From NCBI GenBank assembly GCA_965204345.1, contig OZ241981.1, positions 96,001-160,000 of the forward strand: DNA of 64,000 nt, in the 5' to 3' direction. The notes under the pieces were generated by a model. That model saw only the letters and a program-made list of their open reading frames with translations, had not been told where the DNA came from and did no database searches. Position numbers and translations under genes: made by a program. The stretch comes from Nitrosopumilus sp. Lineage in GTDB: Archaea; Thermoproteota; Nitrososphaeria; Nitrososphaerales; Nitrosopumilaceae. This document shows positions 50,100-60,697 of this stretch, in pieces; position 1 is the stretch's first letter, and every line of letters starts with the position of its first letter.

Positions 50100-50594
50100 T
50101 CATTTCTCAAAGTAGTCAATTGGAATGTTTTGATAATCCCCATTTGGAAGCACCCTTCTAATTGTAATTGGGATTACTCTTTCGTCAAGCTCTTCCATTG
50201 ATATATCCAATGAAATTCTTGCGGTTTTTGGGATTGGGATAAACGGTGGTGCGCCTAGTGACAATTGCAGTGCCCTTGCTCCCATGATTCTTGCCTTTTC
50301 AAACCTGGTCAGTGTCGGAGGTCCGATTGTTATTTTTCCTTTTTCACACGGAATTTCTGTTGCATCATGCTCTACAATTTTTTCAACAACTTCTCTTGCC
50401 TCAATTTCCTTGATTTTTTTCTCTAGATTGTCCTGCTCTTTTTCAGTCAATGGCTCGGCTAGATCTTTTCTGTCAATTAGCTTTCGATAGGTGTCAAGTG
50501 CCTTGTTTAATCCCGCATTTTCTTCTGGTTCTGCATCTGCTGGCTCATCAGACTGTGAAGCTGCAATTAATTCTGGCTCTTTAACATCAGACAA
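50100..50594 (-). CDS. rpoK: DNA-directed RNA polymerase subunit K (Rpo6)
   Basis: LTRFEKARIMGARALQLSLGAP...IPITIRR.LPNG. Confidence 0.93.
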   Translation of the reverse strand: MSDVKEPELIAASQSDEPADAEPEENAGLNKALDTYRKLIDRKDLAEPLTEKEQDNLEKKIKEIEAREVVEKIVEHDATEIPCEKGKITIGPPTLTRFEKARIMGARALQLSLGAPPFIPIPKTARISLDISMEELDERVIPITIRRVLPNGDYQNIPIDYFEK

Positions 50595-50649
50595 GATATG
50601 CAGGTTTTCTTAAAAAACGTTATATAATCTAATCATTTTAAAGTACAAA

Positions 50650-51036
50650 TTGAGTGCAACATCCGTATCTAGAAAGCAGCTGGTTCTGGAAATTCGTGGA
50701 AAAACAAAAATCTCATGTGATCTAAAACGTCATTTATCCCCGCGTACCGTTGGGACTATAATGAGATCCCTGCCTTTGGAAGGCCATGCCCATCTCTTGG
50801 GAAAAAGCATTCTGTATTTTGAAACCGGTGTTGACTCGGGCATCGAGAGATCACGCTCAGAGTTTAAAAAAGGCGATGTCGCATTTTTACCCTCAACTGG
50901 AAGCATCTGTTTTTTTCTCAACGATGCTGTTTTTGCAAAGACCATGACTCCTATTGGAAGACTAGCTGGTAGTATTGATGCATTAAATGATGTAAAATCC
51001 GGAGATGTGTTTTGCATCTATGAGGAAGCTATTTGA
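50650..51036 (+). CDS. cyclophilin-like fold protein
   Basis: SPRTV..I...LPL.G, YFE...GDVAF.P..GSICFF. Confidence 0.8.
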   Translation: MSATSVSRKQLVLEIRGKTKISCDLKRHLSPRTVGTIMRSLPLEGHAHLLGKSILYFETGVDSGIERSRSEFKKGDVAFLPSTGSICFFLNDAVFAKTMTPIGRLAGSIDALNDVKSGDVFCIYEEAI

Positions 51037-51338
51037 TACAAATGATGTCCTGCATATCCGCCAACCTTTTTTACAGTGCCTTTGTCTGCAGATTCCCTTA
51101 GAAATGCATTTGCAGCAGAGATCTTGACTCCTGTCTGTCTTGCAAGATCCTGAACTGTGAGAACTTTGGCATTTTGAATGATCTTGATTGCTTGCTGTTC
51201 GTTGAGCATGACTATAATCTCTGCCTTTTTCTGTCCTCCTCCTCCTCCTTCACCCTTGTCTTTCTTGCCTTTTTTGGAATCCTTGGAACCGCCTGACTTG
51301 TCTTTGTTTGCGGCAGTTGGTTTTTTTGCTCCACCCAT
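51018..51338 (-). CDS. rps25e: 30S ribosomal protein S25e
   Basis: Basic N-tail MGGAKK, KVLTVQDLARQTGVKISAANAFL winged helix. Confidence 0.85.
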   Translation of the reverse strand: MGGAKKPTAANKDKSGGSKDSKKGKKDKGEGGGGGQKKAEIIVMLNEQQAIKIIQNAKVLTVQDLARQTGVKISAANAFLRESADKGTVKKVGGYAGHHLYQIASS

Positions 51339-51459
51339 GGGTCTTGAAAAAAATATTCCTCTTATAAACGATGAACAGACTTTTGGTTTTTTGGTTAATT
51401 GAAATTAAGTTTATTCTCTCTCTCAAGAAGTATAAATAATATCTTTACTATTGTATCAT

Positions 51460-51672
51460 ATGGGCATAGTATCCAAAGGCGCTAAATGTAATTTTGATGG
51501 GTGCGGCCAAGATGGTGCACGCTCCCTTAATACAAGCAAAGTTGAAAATGCCGGTCTTCGTGTCAATTCGACAGGGAAGAAAACCGTCCTTTGCAAGGAA
51601 CATTACAAAGAATACAAAAAAGAATCCAAAGATGATCGTGATCTTGAGCGCGCCCGCTTTAACAAGTTTTAG
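51460..51672 (+). CDS. small zinc-binding hypothetical protein
   Basis: MGIVSKGAKCNFDGC...ARSL...LCKEHYKEYKK; divergent from S25e. Confidence 0.85.
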   Translation: MGIVSKGAKCNFDGCGQDGARSLNTSKVENAGLRVNSTGKKTVLCKEHYKEYKKESKDDRDLERARFNKF

Positions 51673-52754
51673 TCCTCTCTTTTAGTCTTATTTGATGGAT
51701 TTTTGATATAGTCATCACTTAATTTCTGATATAGCTTGTCTAGTTTTTTATAAAGTCTTTTTGGCTTTCTTTTTTCTTGATTGCTAAGAACATACAGTGC
51801 AAGGACTGGAAATGCTATGGTGGCATCTGCATATACTGTGATCATTCCGTTATGTGCGTCTTGAACCTTGCCCCAACTTTTTCCTTCTTGCAGCGTTGCA
51901 CCTGACAACCCCCCTGTATCAGGGCGCGCATCTGTAATCTGTATGATGTAATCCTGTCCTCCGTCTCCTCTTTTTAAAATTTGATCCAGTAACGGGCCTG
52001 TCTGCTGTGCCGTATTCTTTGGCACTCCCCCTCCAAGCTCCAAAATTCCTGATTTTTTTGAATCATATAAAATTGCGGCCTGCTCAATAATCTCTCTTAC
52101 AAAATCCAAGCTGTATGTCTTGCCTTCTAATCTGTGAACAGCCAAGTTAAGTGCCAATGATGAATCCTTGATGGTTGAGATGTATACTGGAACATCATAG
52201 TCATACGCTGCAGTAATGAAGCTTTTTTCTGGATGTTTTGCGTTTTTTTTACTCATTTTTCCCATCAGATTACAAAATTCTGCCGTCGTAAACGGCCTGT
52301 CTGGAAAATCTTTGGCAAACATTTTTTGAACTAGTGCATCTTGGGCCTCTAGTGTCTCGTTAAACTTTATGTATACGTCTCTAATCCTGACTATTTCGTT
52401 CTCGTACAATTTCATATCGTCCACATTAAAACTCCCCTGCTTGACTGGCAGTCCCCATGCAAAGTGATCTTCATGGTATACGTTGGCCCCTGTTGTTATT
52501 ATCCAGTCAACAAATCCCCTCTCAATCAGTGTTTTAATTATTCCTCCAAATCCAACCGGTGTCATCGCCCCTGATACTGTCAAGCAAATCGTTACATCTT
52601 CTTTGATCATTTTTGCGTACATTTTTGCAGCATCCCCAAGCTGTCTCCCATTATACCCTGAACCTGCAAAAACATCTACCAAATCCCCTATGGTCATCTT
52701 TGGATCCAATTTTATGTGCGGGATGTCTCTGCCGTGAAACTCGTGCGGATTCAT
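51669..52754 (-). CDS. deoxyhypusine synthase-like / homospermidine biosynthesis protein
   Basis: SGAMTPVG, IITTGAN.YHE, LGGGVPKN, DARPDTGGLSGAT.QEGKSWGK, YADATIAFP. Confidence 0.9.
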   Translation of the reverse strand: MNPHEFHGRDIPHIKLDPKMTIGDLVDVFAGSGYNGRQLGDAAKMYAKMIKEDVTICLTVSGAMTPVGFGGIIKTLIERGFVDWIITTGANVYHEDHFAWGLPVKQGSFNVDDMKLYENEIVRIRDVYIKFNETLEAQDALVQKMFAKDFPDRPFTTAEFCNLMGKMSKKNAKHPEKSFITAAYDYDVPVYISTIKDSSLALNLAVHRLEGKTYSLDFVREIIEQAAILYDSKKSGILELGGGVPKNTAQQTGPLLDQILKRGDGGQDYIIQITDARPDTGGLSGATLQEGKSWGKVQDAHNGMITVYADATIAFPVLALYVLSNQEKRKPKRLYKKLDKLYQKLSDDYIKNPSNKTKRED

Positions 52755-52863
52755 ATTTAGAAAATCAAATTTTTAGTAAATAATGCTATCGTATTGTTTT
52801 ATTTACAATGCATGTAACTGTCAACTAATTATAACTTATTTAGTAAACACGGTAAAACTTTGC

Positions 52864-53202
52864 ATGGTAAATGTTGTTGACCTGCACGATCCCGCTAGGG
52901 TGGATCGAGTTCCTGATGCCGTGGAGGTCTTGCTATCCTCTGGAAACTTCATCCAGGACGAGTTTTCAATCTGCAGGGTAGAACTGCGCCTATACAAAGA
53001 GCAGACTGATGAGAAACTGGGAATTTTCTCCTTGATTACCTCTTTTGTTGAGACTGATCATGGTACTGTTGAGATGATTTATGATGAAGGGTTTCGTGGC
53101 AGGGATTCCCTTTTACGCGCATCGCAGTTTCTTACCTCCAATCTGGGAATATCTGCCTTAATCTTGCGCTCAGTTATTGTTTTACGTGAAAAATCAAACT
53201 AG
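52864..53202 (+). CDS. hypothetical protein
   Basis: ATG 52864 MVNVVDLHDP...; normal codon usage. Confidence 0.78.
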   Translation: MVNVVDLHDPARVDRVPDAVEVLLSSGNFIQDEFSICRVELRLYKEQTDEKLGIFSLITSFVETDHGTVEMIYDEGFRGRDSLLRASQFLTSNLGISALILRSVIVLREKSN

Positions 53203-53224
53203 CATCCAACCTGACAGAATATCC

Positions 53225-53722
53225 TTACCATGCTTTGCCCTGTTCCCTTAATTTTGCCTGCATGTCTTCTGAAATTGTTTTTAATGTGTGCAGATCATAG
53301 TTTGCGTTTGTAAAGTTTATCGATGAAAGTGTCGCACCCTCAAAGTTTGCATGTCTCATATTCACTCCGCTCAAATCCGCATTTTCCAAATCCGCATTTT
53401 CCAAATCCGCATAAAACAAATCCGCGCCATTTAGATTTGCATTGCGTAAATCCGCGCCATACAATTCAGCATCCCATAGTTTTGCGTTTGAGATATCCGC
53501 ATTACGCAAATCAGTTCCTCTCAGCTTGACATAAAATAAGATTGCCCCGCTCAAATCCGAGTCACTAAGATCAGTGCGGCTCAAATCCGCATTGTGTATG
53601 TCTCTGCCATGCAGGTTCACTCCTTTCATGTTTGTATCTGACAGATTCCTCCCAATCAACTCCTCGTATTCAAAATTTATTTTTGAGAGATTTCGCCTTT
53701 TAAACACATCTGATGGGTTCAT
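53225..53722 (-). CDS. pentapeptide repeat protein
   Basis: Run of A(D/N)Lxx repeats (ADLSR, TDLSD, ADLRN, ANLNG, ADLEN). Confidence 0.93.
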   Translation of the reverse strand: MNPSDVFKRRNLSKINFEYEELIGRNLSDTNMKGVNLHGRDIHNADLSRTDLSDSDLSGAILFYVKLRGTDLRNADISNAKLWDAELYGADLRNANLNGADLFYADLENADLENADLSGVNMRHANFEGATLSSINFTNANYDLHTLKTISEDMQAKLREQGKAW

Positions 53723-53777
53723 TGAGTGTTGTTCTATATATCACAACACATTTGAATTTAGATCAACTGTGGCCATA

Positions 53778-53933
53778 TCACTGCTTGAACAGCTCTAATT
53801 CCTGCAAAACTTTGCCCATAGAATGCTTCCACCTTCGCATTTCTTCGATATCATGTGGTCTGTTTTGCTCCAATTCATTTTTCTCCCTGAGTAACTCCTG
53901 ATGTCGCCTGCTGTCTGTTTTCTTCTTATGCAC
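53778..53933 (-). CDS. small hypothetical protein, 51 aa (absent from the ORF track)
   Basis: GTG start, MHKKKTDSRRHQELLREKNELEQNRPHDIEEMRRWKHSMGKVLQELELFKQ*; helical hairpin-like, co-oriented upstream of the pentapeptide gene. Confidence 0.6.
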   Translation of the reverse strand: MHKKKTDSRRHQELLREKNELEQNRPHDIEEMRRWKHSMGKVLQELELFKQ

Positions 53934-54069
53934 ATTTTTTTATTCTGATCTCCGAATAAATCTCTATTTGCTATTTCTCCTCTGCCAATTTTTGGCTGGA
54001 GCATTTTCTGTGTAAGAGATTACGGCCTTTTGGGAATCGTATATTTATGCCATATTTGGATGTCTTAGC

Positions 54070-55941
54070 ATGCGCATATTGCAATTGCATTGTGATCATA
54101 TTGAATACACGCCTACAAAAAAAGAGATTAAATCCGCTGAGGATATAGAAAACCCTCAAACCCAAAGGCTTGAAGATCTTGTAGTCGTATTTGTGGCAAT
54201 AGAGGACGGCGATGACTCTACAGTTGCACAAAATGCCATCTCACAAATAAAAAATTCCATGGAAAAAATCGGTTGTAAAAAACTGCTATTGTATCCCTAT
54301 GCCCATCTTAGCTCTAATCTGGCAAAGCCCTCAGTTGCAATGGCACTGCTAAGAGAGATGGAGACTGGCGCCTCTGATCTGGATAAAGTCACCCATTCCC
54401 CGTTTGGATGGACAAAATCATACAGCATCCAAGTTAAGGGACATCCCCTTGCAGAAAGTTCCAAAGTTGTTACAAAAGATTCTGCTGGTTCAAGACCTGA
54501 TGAGGAAATAACTTCTGATGCACTCAAAGGAGAATCTAAAATCCGTTCATACTGGAAGATACTGTCTCCTGAGGGAACAATGACTAACATTGGCGACTTT
54601 GATTTTTCAAAACACAGAAAATTAGAAATCCTAGCAAAATACGAGTCTGCAAAAATTCGCAAAGCTGATCAGCCTCCGCCACACGTTGCTTTGATGAAAA
54701 AAATGGGAATTTCTGATTACGAACCTGTATCTGATTCGGGAAACATGAGGTTTTATCCTAATGGCCGCCTGATAAAATCCCTGATTGAAAGATATGTCAC
54801 TGATAGGGTAAAGGACTATGGCGGATGTGAAGTTGAAACCCCAATCATGTATGACTCTGAACATCCAAGCATGGTCAGCTACTTTAATCGGTTTCCTGCC
54901 CGACAATACAGTATTGATTCAGAAGGCAAAAAATTATTCTTAAGATTTGCAGCGTGCTTTGGACAATTTCTCATGGCCAACCAATATCAGTTATCATACA
55001 AGAACCTGCCATACAAACTCTATGAACTTACCCGTTATAGTTTCAGACGGGAGCAATCCGGCGAACTTGTTGGCTTGAGACGGTTAAGAGCATTTACAAT
55101 GCCTGACTGTCATGCATTTTGCAAAGATATGAAGCAGGCAGTCGATGAAATCAAGGACAGGTTTGATTTATCACAAAGCGTTCTTGGCGAATTGGGCATC
55201 AATGAATCTGATTATGATATGGCAATCAGATTTACTGAGGATTTTTACAACGAGCATAAATCTGCCATTGAAGAACTGGTCAAAAAACATGGCAGGCCTG
55301 TGCTAGTTGAAATGTGGAAAGAAAAGTTCTTTTATTTTGTCTTAAAATGGGAATTTAACTTTGTTGACGGGTTGGGAAAGGCATCTGCATTATCCACTGA
55401 TCAAATTGACGTGGAAAACGCAGAGAGATACGGTATTGGTTTTGTAGATGAAAACAACGCCAAACAACATCCGATTATTTTGCACAATTCGCCTAGTGGC
55501 GCAATTGAGAGAATAATCTATGCGTTGCTGGAAAAGGCAGCAAAGGATTCCTATGAGGGACGAAAACCCCAACTGCCCCTTTGGCTTGCACCTACACAGG
55601 TTAGAATTATTCCCCTCAAAGAGGAGTTTGGCACATTTTCAGAAACCCTTGGCGATAAAATCTCTGCAAATAACATTCGAGTTGATATTGATGACAGAAA
55701 TGAAAGTATTGGGAAAAGAATACGTGAGGCAGAAAAAGAATGGATACGATACATCTTGGTAATTGGTGAGAAGGAAGCCGGTTCTGAAAACCTAAGCATT
55801 CGCGATAGACAGACAGGAAGTGTCAGGGAGCTGTCTTTTGATGACTTTGTAAACGAAATTAATGAACAAACAAGCGGCAAGCCGTTTGCAGGTTTGAATC
55901 TGCCAAAACATCTCTCAAAGAGACCAAATCTGATGGTGTAA
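54070..55941 (+). CDS. thrS: threonyl-tRNA synthetase (archaeal editing domain)
   Basis: MRILQLHCD, YPYAHLSS, PFGWTK, LRFAACFG, FRREQSGEL.GL.RLRAFTMPDCH, LPLWLAPTQVR. Confidence 0.97.
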   Translation: MRILQLHCDHIEYTPTKKEIKSAEDIENPQTQRLEDLVVVFVAIEDGDDSTVAQNAISQIKNSMEKIGCKKLLLYPYAHLSSNLAKPSVAMALLREMETGASDLDKVTHSPFGWTKSYSIQVKGHPLAESSKVVTKDSAGSRPDEEITSDALKGESKIRSYWKILSPEGTMTNIGDFDFSKHRKLEILAKYESAKIRKADQPPPHVALMKKMGISDYEPVSDSGNMRFYPNGRLIKSLIERYVTDRVKDYGGCEVETPIMYDSEHPSMVSYFNRFPARQYSIDSEGKKLFLRFAACFGQFLMANQYQLSYKNLPYKLYELTRYSFRREQSGELVGLRRLRAFTMPDCHAFCKDMKQAVDEIKDRFDLSQSVLGELGINESDYDMAIRFTEDFYNEHKSAIEELVKKHGRPVLVEMWKEKFFYFVLKWEFNFVDGLGKASALSTDQIDVENAERYGIGFVDENNAKQHPIILHNSPSGAIERIIYALLEKAAKDSYEGRKPQLPLWLAPTQVRIIPLKEEFGTFSETLGDKISANNIRVDIDDRNESIGKRIREAEKEWIRYILVIGEKEAGSENLSIRDRQTGSVRELSFDDFVNEINEQTSGKPFAGLNLPKHLSKRPNLMV

Positions 55942-55945
55942 AATT

Positions 55946-56821
55946 ATGAGCTTCCTTGATCTTTACATGAACAACAGTCCTTTGATCACATCATCTGGTG
56001 ATGATTCAGAACCTGTGGCTATCCTCCTTGGTATTCCCTTTGATGCCACTCACTCTTACAAGCCCGGATGCAGGTTTGGTCCTGATGCCATTCGTGACTC
56101 GTTTAACAATATTGAGATCTTCCATCCCGGCCTTGGAATTGATTTAGAAACTGTACATATTGAGGACTTGGGAAATACCCGGCACACTGTTGTTGCATCT
56201 GAAATGATTGACATGGTAAAAAAAATTACCGCCGAAATTGTATCAAAACAGAAACAGCTGTTTGTTCTAGGAGGGGAGCATTCCATTACATATGGTACAT
56301 ACACTAGCTTTCCAAAAGAAACCGGCTATGTTGTATTTGATGCTCACTATGATCTGCGTGATGAGTTTGCAGATATCAAACTAAGCCACGCATCTTATTT
56401 GCGACGAATCGTTGAGCAAAGAGGCGCTGAAAATATTTTACATGTTGGTGCAAGGGCCTTTGTTAAGGAGGAGCTGGAATTTTTAACAGAAAATAAAATC
56501 AATACCATTTCTGATAAAGAAATTCGGGCCGGAAATGGCCCCTCTCTTCTTAAGGACTATGTGTCCACCTTTGATGCCGTTTATTCCAGCTTTGATCTTG
56601 ATGTCTTAGATCCTGCCTTTGCACCCGGCGTGGGAAATCCTGAAGCCGTGGGAATCACCTCTAGGGAGCTCTTTGATATGATTGGTTCTTTTGATAATAC
56701 CCGAGTAACAGGCGCTGACATTGTAGAATTAAATCCCTACCATGATAACGGCTCAACTGCCTCGCTTGCCGCAAAAATAATTTCTACCCTGATTGCACTA
56801 AATCTGTCACAAAACAGCTAG
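55946..56821 (+). CDS. speB: agmatinase
   Basis: GIPFD.T.SYKPG.RFGP, GGEHS, DAHYD, SFDLDVLDPAFAPG, DIVELNP. Confidence 0.93.
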   Translation: MSFLDLYMNNSPLITSSGDDSEPVAILLGIPFDATHSYKPGCRFGPDAIRDSFNNIEIFHPGLGIDLETVHIEDLGNTRHTVVASEMIDMVKKITAEIVSKQKQLFVLGGEHSITYGTYTSFPKETGYVVFDAHYDLRDEFADIKLSHASYLRRIVEQRGAENILHVGARAFVKEELEFLTENKINTISDKEIRAGNGPSLLKDYVSTFDAVYSSFDLDVLDPAFAPGVGNPEAVGITSRELFDMIGSFDNTRVTGADIVELNPYHDNGSTASLAAKIISTLIALNLSQNS

Positions 56822-57043
56822 ACACATCCAATTTTTTATGCCGGGAATTTTTTACAAGTACCGCAGGCAACATTTCAAAACCCCTCGTGCCTCCCATCAA
56901 AACCATCAATTTATTATTCATATCGTGTGTATGTCATGTTCCTTTATCTGACCCGTCGGTTTTCCTAATTGGCAGCATCTTGCTCTGGTTTGCTTTGATT
57001 TTTGTACTGCTCACTTTATTAGATGGTGTTTTGAGGGTATCTC

Positions 57044-57616
57044 GTGTTAAACAACCTAAGGGATACACTTCGACCAGCACTTGAAAAAATTGGCAAAGGA
57101 TTTGCATCTACTGGCCTTTCCCCTAATTTCTGGACTGGCGTTGGATTGGCCTTTGCACTAATCTCTGCTGCTGTGTATGGCATGGGACTTGAGTTTGGCC
57201 TAGTTCTTGGGGGTATTTTGCTACTTGTTTCTGGATTTTTTGATATGGTTGATGGTCAGGTTGCTAGGGCTACTGGCAAAACATCGATTAAGGGTTCCTA
57301 CCTTGATTCGATGTTTGATAAAATAGCCGAGGTTGCAATATTTTTAGGAATCCTGGTTGGAGGGTATGCCGAACCTTACCTCGTATTGCTTGCAATCACG
57401 TTATCGCTGCTAGTAAGCTATGCTAGAGCAAAATCCGACTCTATAAACATCAAACTACAGGGAATTGGTATTGGTGAACGTGCAGAACGACTTTTGGTAA
57501 TTGCAATTATTGGCATCATTGGATTTATGGACTATGCCGTAGTTATTGTTGCAGTAATTGCAGCAATTACGTTAATACAAAGAATGATTTTTACTGCAAA
57601 AAACATCAAAGAATAA
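57044..57616 (+). CDS. pgsA: CDP-alcohol phosphatidyltransferase (archaetidylinositol phosphate synthase-like)
   Basis: DMVDGQVAR...GSYLDSMFD signature, LVSYARAK, GERAER. Confidence 0.9.
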   Translation: MLNNLRDTLRPALEKIGKGFASTGLSPNFWTGVGLAFALISAAVYGMGLEFGLVLGGILLLVSGFFDMVDGQVARATGKTSIKGSYLDSMFDKIAEVAIFLGILVGGYAEPYLVLLAITLSLLVSYARAKSDSINIKLQGIGIGERAERLLVIAIIGIIGFMDYAVVIVAVIAAITLIQRMIFTAKNIKE

Positions 57617-57618
57617 CT

Positions 57619-57906
57619 TTAACGGAGTTTTCCGCGTTTTCTTCTGTTATCTGCGGATCTAATTTTTAGAATTTTAAAATGAATCGCACATGAAATGCAA
57701 TAATGCTTCAAAACTGTCGGCGATGCAATGTATGCGCCTTGTGCACGCAATTCTTTTGCCAATGTGTGCTCCACTAGATTTAGCTTTGATGTAACTTTTT
57801 TTGCCTTGTCTTTTGGCACTGTCTGTCCACAGTTTGTACACTGTACCACGCCTGAGGAACCCTTTCCTCCCTTAGTGCGACCTCTACTTGCACGCTTAAG
57901 TGGCAT
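57619..57906 (-). CDS. rps26e: 30S ribosomal protein S26e
   Basis: MPLKRASRGR, CTNCG..VPKDKA, YCISCAIH. Confidence 0.95.
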   Translation of the reverse strand: MPLKRASRGRTKGGKGSSGVVQCTNCGQTVPKDKAKKVTSKLNLVEHTLAKELRAQGAYIASPTVLKHYCISCAIHFKILKIRSADNRRKRGKLR

Positions 57907-58009
57907 GAACATGAACTGATTTGCCTACTTATATTCTTGTTCCATTCAATTGTTTTATCTTCTTTGGGTCCAAACTTTTTTTATAAATGGATTTCTTAGC
58001 AGGGCTGTA

Positions 58010-58120
58010 TTGTTTGGATTTGGTTGGATCTGAGTCAAGTAACCCCAGATATGGCACTTTGTGAGCCTGTATTAGTGCACCGGGTTTAGGTCTTGACTCT
58101 CTTGTGGGAACTATGCCATC
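58010..58120 (+). ncRNA. candidate structured non-coding RNA (unassigned)
   Basis: TTTATAAA box at ~57980-57987; nested pairings GAGTCAAG/CTTGACTC, AACCC/GGGTT, GCACT/AGTGC; alternative ATGGCA/TGCCAT. Confidence 0.3.
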
Positions 58121-58699
58121 TTATGAAAATAATACAGATGTTTTTCTCAGTGACGCTCAAACATGGGTGGGAAGGGGAGGAGTAGGAGGAGGAGGCAACG
58201 AATCTGCAAATTCAACCCATTGAAAGCCGAGGACAAATAAACGGGCAAGCAAAATTTTATGCAGAAACTTGCAGAAATTGCCTGTGTTGCCGACTCTAAT
58301 TTAGCATTCTGCTGAATCATAAAAAACAATGTTGTAGGGTATGTATCCTAACCAAAGTCTCTGCAGATGAAACTAGACACAGCAGGACAAATAATTTCTG
58401 ATTCTGTAGCAAACGCCATGTTGGCGAGTTTGAAAATTGAAAAACAGATATTTCCACACATGATTTTGTTTCACTTGGTCATGTTTGAAATGATATTGAT
58501 GTACAATAAAAGCACGTGATAAGAATGTAGAAAATACAAAATTCAAATTTGCTGACAGTGCAAAGTTGTCTGTAGATAATCCAAGACAACCTGCCATGAT
58601 ACGGATGATTCTAAAACCGAATTTTTTACGTCTGTTGCATATCAAACTATCCCTGATAAGAGGGTCTGCTTGATGTAAAATAATATGCTGAACAAAACA

Positions 58700-59550
58700 C
58701 ATATGGATTTATAGCTGATGACTGCAACAAAAAAATGTTTGCATCCTGTGATTGATCCTCTTACTGTCTCTACATGCATTGGATGTGGCACTGATGAAGA
58801 TGATCTTGCTAATGCAATTAGCAGTAATGGAAATCTTTTCAAATTATCCAACTTTGAAAATCAAACGCCGTACGGTTTATCTTGCATGAATCAGGCGGTG
58901 CAGACAGTCTTGTCTTTTTAAATTTTTAACTAATCTGACAGAAAAGAAGCGTAACTATATTTCTAGTAATGCATGCATAATTCATGATAAAGGTTCTAAA
59001 TTACAAGCAATTATTCATCATGATTATTTTGCAGATTGCCCACTTGATATCACAAATGGGAAAAGTTTGGCATCTGTGACATTAGATTTGACTTTTGCAA
59101 AATCAACGGGCTTTACGCGATGCAGTAACTAGAATATAAAATGGAAAAAATCAAACGCCTGATACTATCACTGACGGGATGTTCTTAGCATGGCAATCCT
59201 GATAATTCTATCATCATTGAAAATGCCTGTCTGAAATTCAGACTGCTGATGATTCGGTCCTTGTTTCTGGCTGGTTCAAAAACAATGCCTGCTGATGGGG
59301 TAAGAACAATCAGACGACGGCTCTGCATCTGCTAGCATCATAGAGTGTGCATGATTTGCAACGACGCAGTTGATCCTTTTGCTATCAAATGCGTCAGCTG
59401 ATCCTGATTTGAAAGTAGATGGCACCCAAGATGAAATAATCCTTATCCTCTCTGACTGGATTAAAAACAGCGTTTTGTGGATGTCTGCGGGTTTGACTGG
59501 TGATGATATCTCTCTGCTAATGGGGTGGGCAATATTTGATAAAAAATAAG
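58700..59550 (+). pseudogene. heavily decayed secreted protein with thaumarchaeal C-terminal IPxW repeats
   Basis: Fragments VSGWFKNNAC*W (~59263) and LSDWIKNSVLWMSAGLTGDD (~59449) resemble the [20 protein letters not shown] repeats of 15244-16863; boundaries approximate. Confidence 0.5.
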
Positions 59551-59784
59551 ATAATGCCTGCAAATTGACCCTAGTTTTATATTATTTTGTGCCCAAGTCT
59601 AGCAAATTCTTCATCTTTTAATCTTAGATTGTGTAATGTCTATTGATGCGCATGAATGGTCTTTGTCATAATTGCTTCAAATCCGGAATCAAAGTTTTTG
59701 TATCAAAGGGAGACATTTTGTGTCAGGATTGCCTTGATAAAGCCAATGCAAAAAACTAAATCCACATTCCCATGAGTTTTAGAA

Positions 59785-60657
59785 ATGAAACTGGCGATTT
59801 TTGGTCACTGTGCAATTGATACCATTCATCTAAATAATTCCAAGTATGAGCAAGTTGGAGGATCTGCATGCTACTGTGGAATTACTGCAAGGCAATTCAA
59901 GTTTGAGGTAGACTTGTTTACAAAGTATGGCCCTGATTTTCAAAGACGATACTTGACTGAACATAAAATCAATCCTGTCAACCCTGATTCTGACCAAAAA
60001 ACTACCAAATTTTCCATATCCGTTGATGGCTCTGATAGGACCCTCAAGCTTGAGAATCAGTGCGATGCCATACAATACGATGCAGTTTCTGCTGATGGCC
60101 ACCTTGTCAGTCCCATATATCATGAAATTTCTAGTGAAATGTTCTCAAAAATTAAAAACGATTCCAATTTTATTCTTGTTGATCCTCAGGGGTTTTTGAG
60201 ACAGACTGATTCCTCAAATAATGTCATCTTACAAAATAATTCTGATCTTGATTTGTCTGGTGTAGATGCAATCAAGGTTAACCCTGATGAAGCCAGGTGT
60301 ATTGTTAATGGAACTGGTGATGAAATGATGTTGGCCTTGCAGAAAAAAGGTGTCAGGCATGTATTGCTAACTAACAAGGCTGACGTGTCCTTGCTGGTAA
60401 AAGACAAAATTTATTCCATTACCCTTCCAAATACCCAAATTTATGATACGACTGGCGTGGGTGATATCTTTTGTTCTGCATTTAGCTGCGCCCTTTTAAA
60501 GGAAAGAGACTTTTTGTGGGCTTTGTGTTTTGCAGGTGGTGCCGCACAGGCTGCACTTGAATCCAAAAACGTAGGACTGCAAAAAATTCCCAAAAAAGGA
60601 ACTATTCAAACCAATGCCTCATATTTTTACAATTTGGTAAAATTTCGAGATTTATAG
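59785..60657 (+). CDS. PfkB family carbohydrate kinase
   Basis: GGSACY, VDPQGFLR, IKVN..EA, DTTGVGDIF. Confidence 0.92.
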   Translation: MKLAIFGHCAIDTIHLNNSKYEQVGGSACYCGITARQFKFEVDLFTKYGPDFQRRYLTEHKINPVNPDSDQKTTKFSISVDGSDRTLKLENQCDAIQYDAVSADGHLVSPIYHEISSEMFSKIKNDSNFILVDPQGFLRQTDSSNNVILQNNSDLDLSGVDAIKVNPDEARCIVNGTGDEMMLALQKKGVRHVLLTNKADVSLLVKDKIYSITLPNTQIYDTTGVGDIFCSAFSCALLKERDFLWALCFAGGAAQAALESKNVGLQKIPKKGTIQTNASYFYNLVKFRDL

Positions 60658-60697
60658 TGCATTATTCTTTTATTGAACCAAGTTGAATGTTTCTTTT

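Noticed and set aside
53360-53600. Periodic AAATCCGC repeats
   Set aside because: 15-bp periodicity of the pentapeptide repeat protein (ADL codons), not CRISPR or iterons
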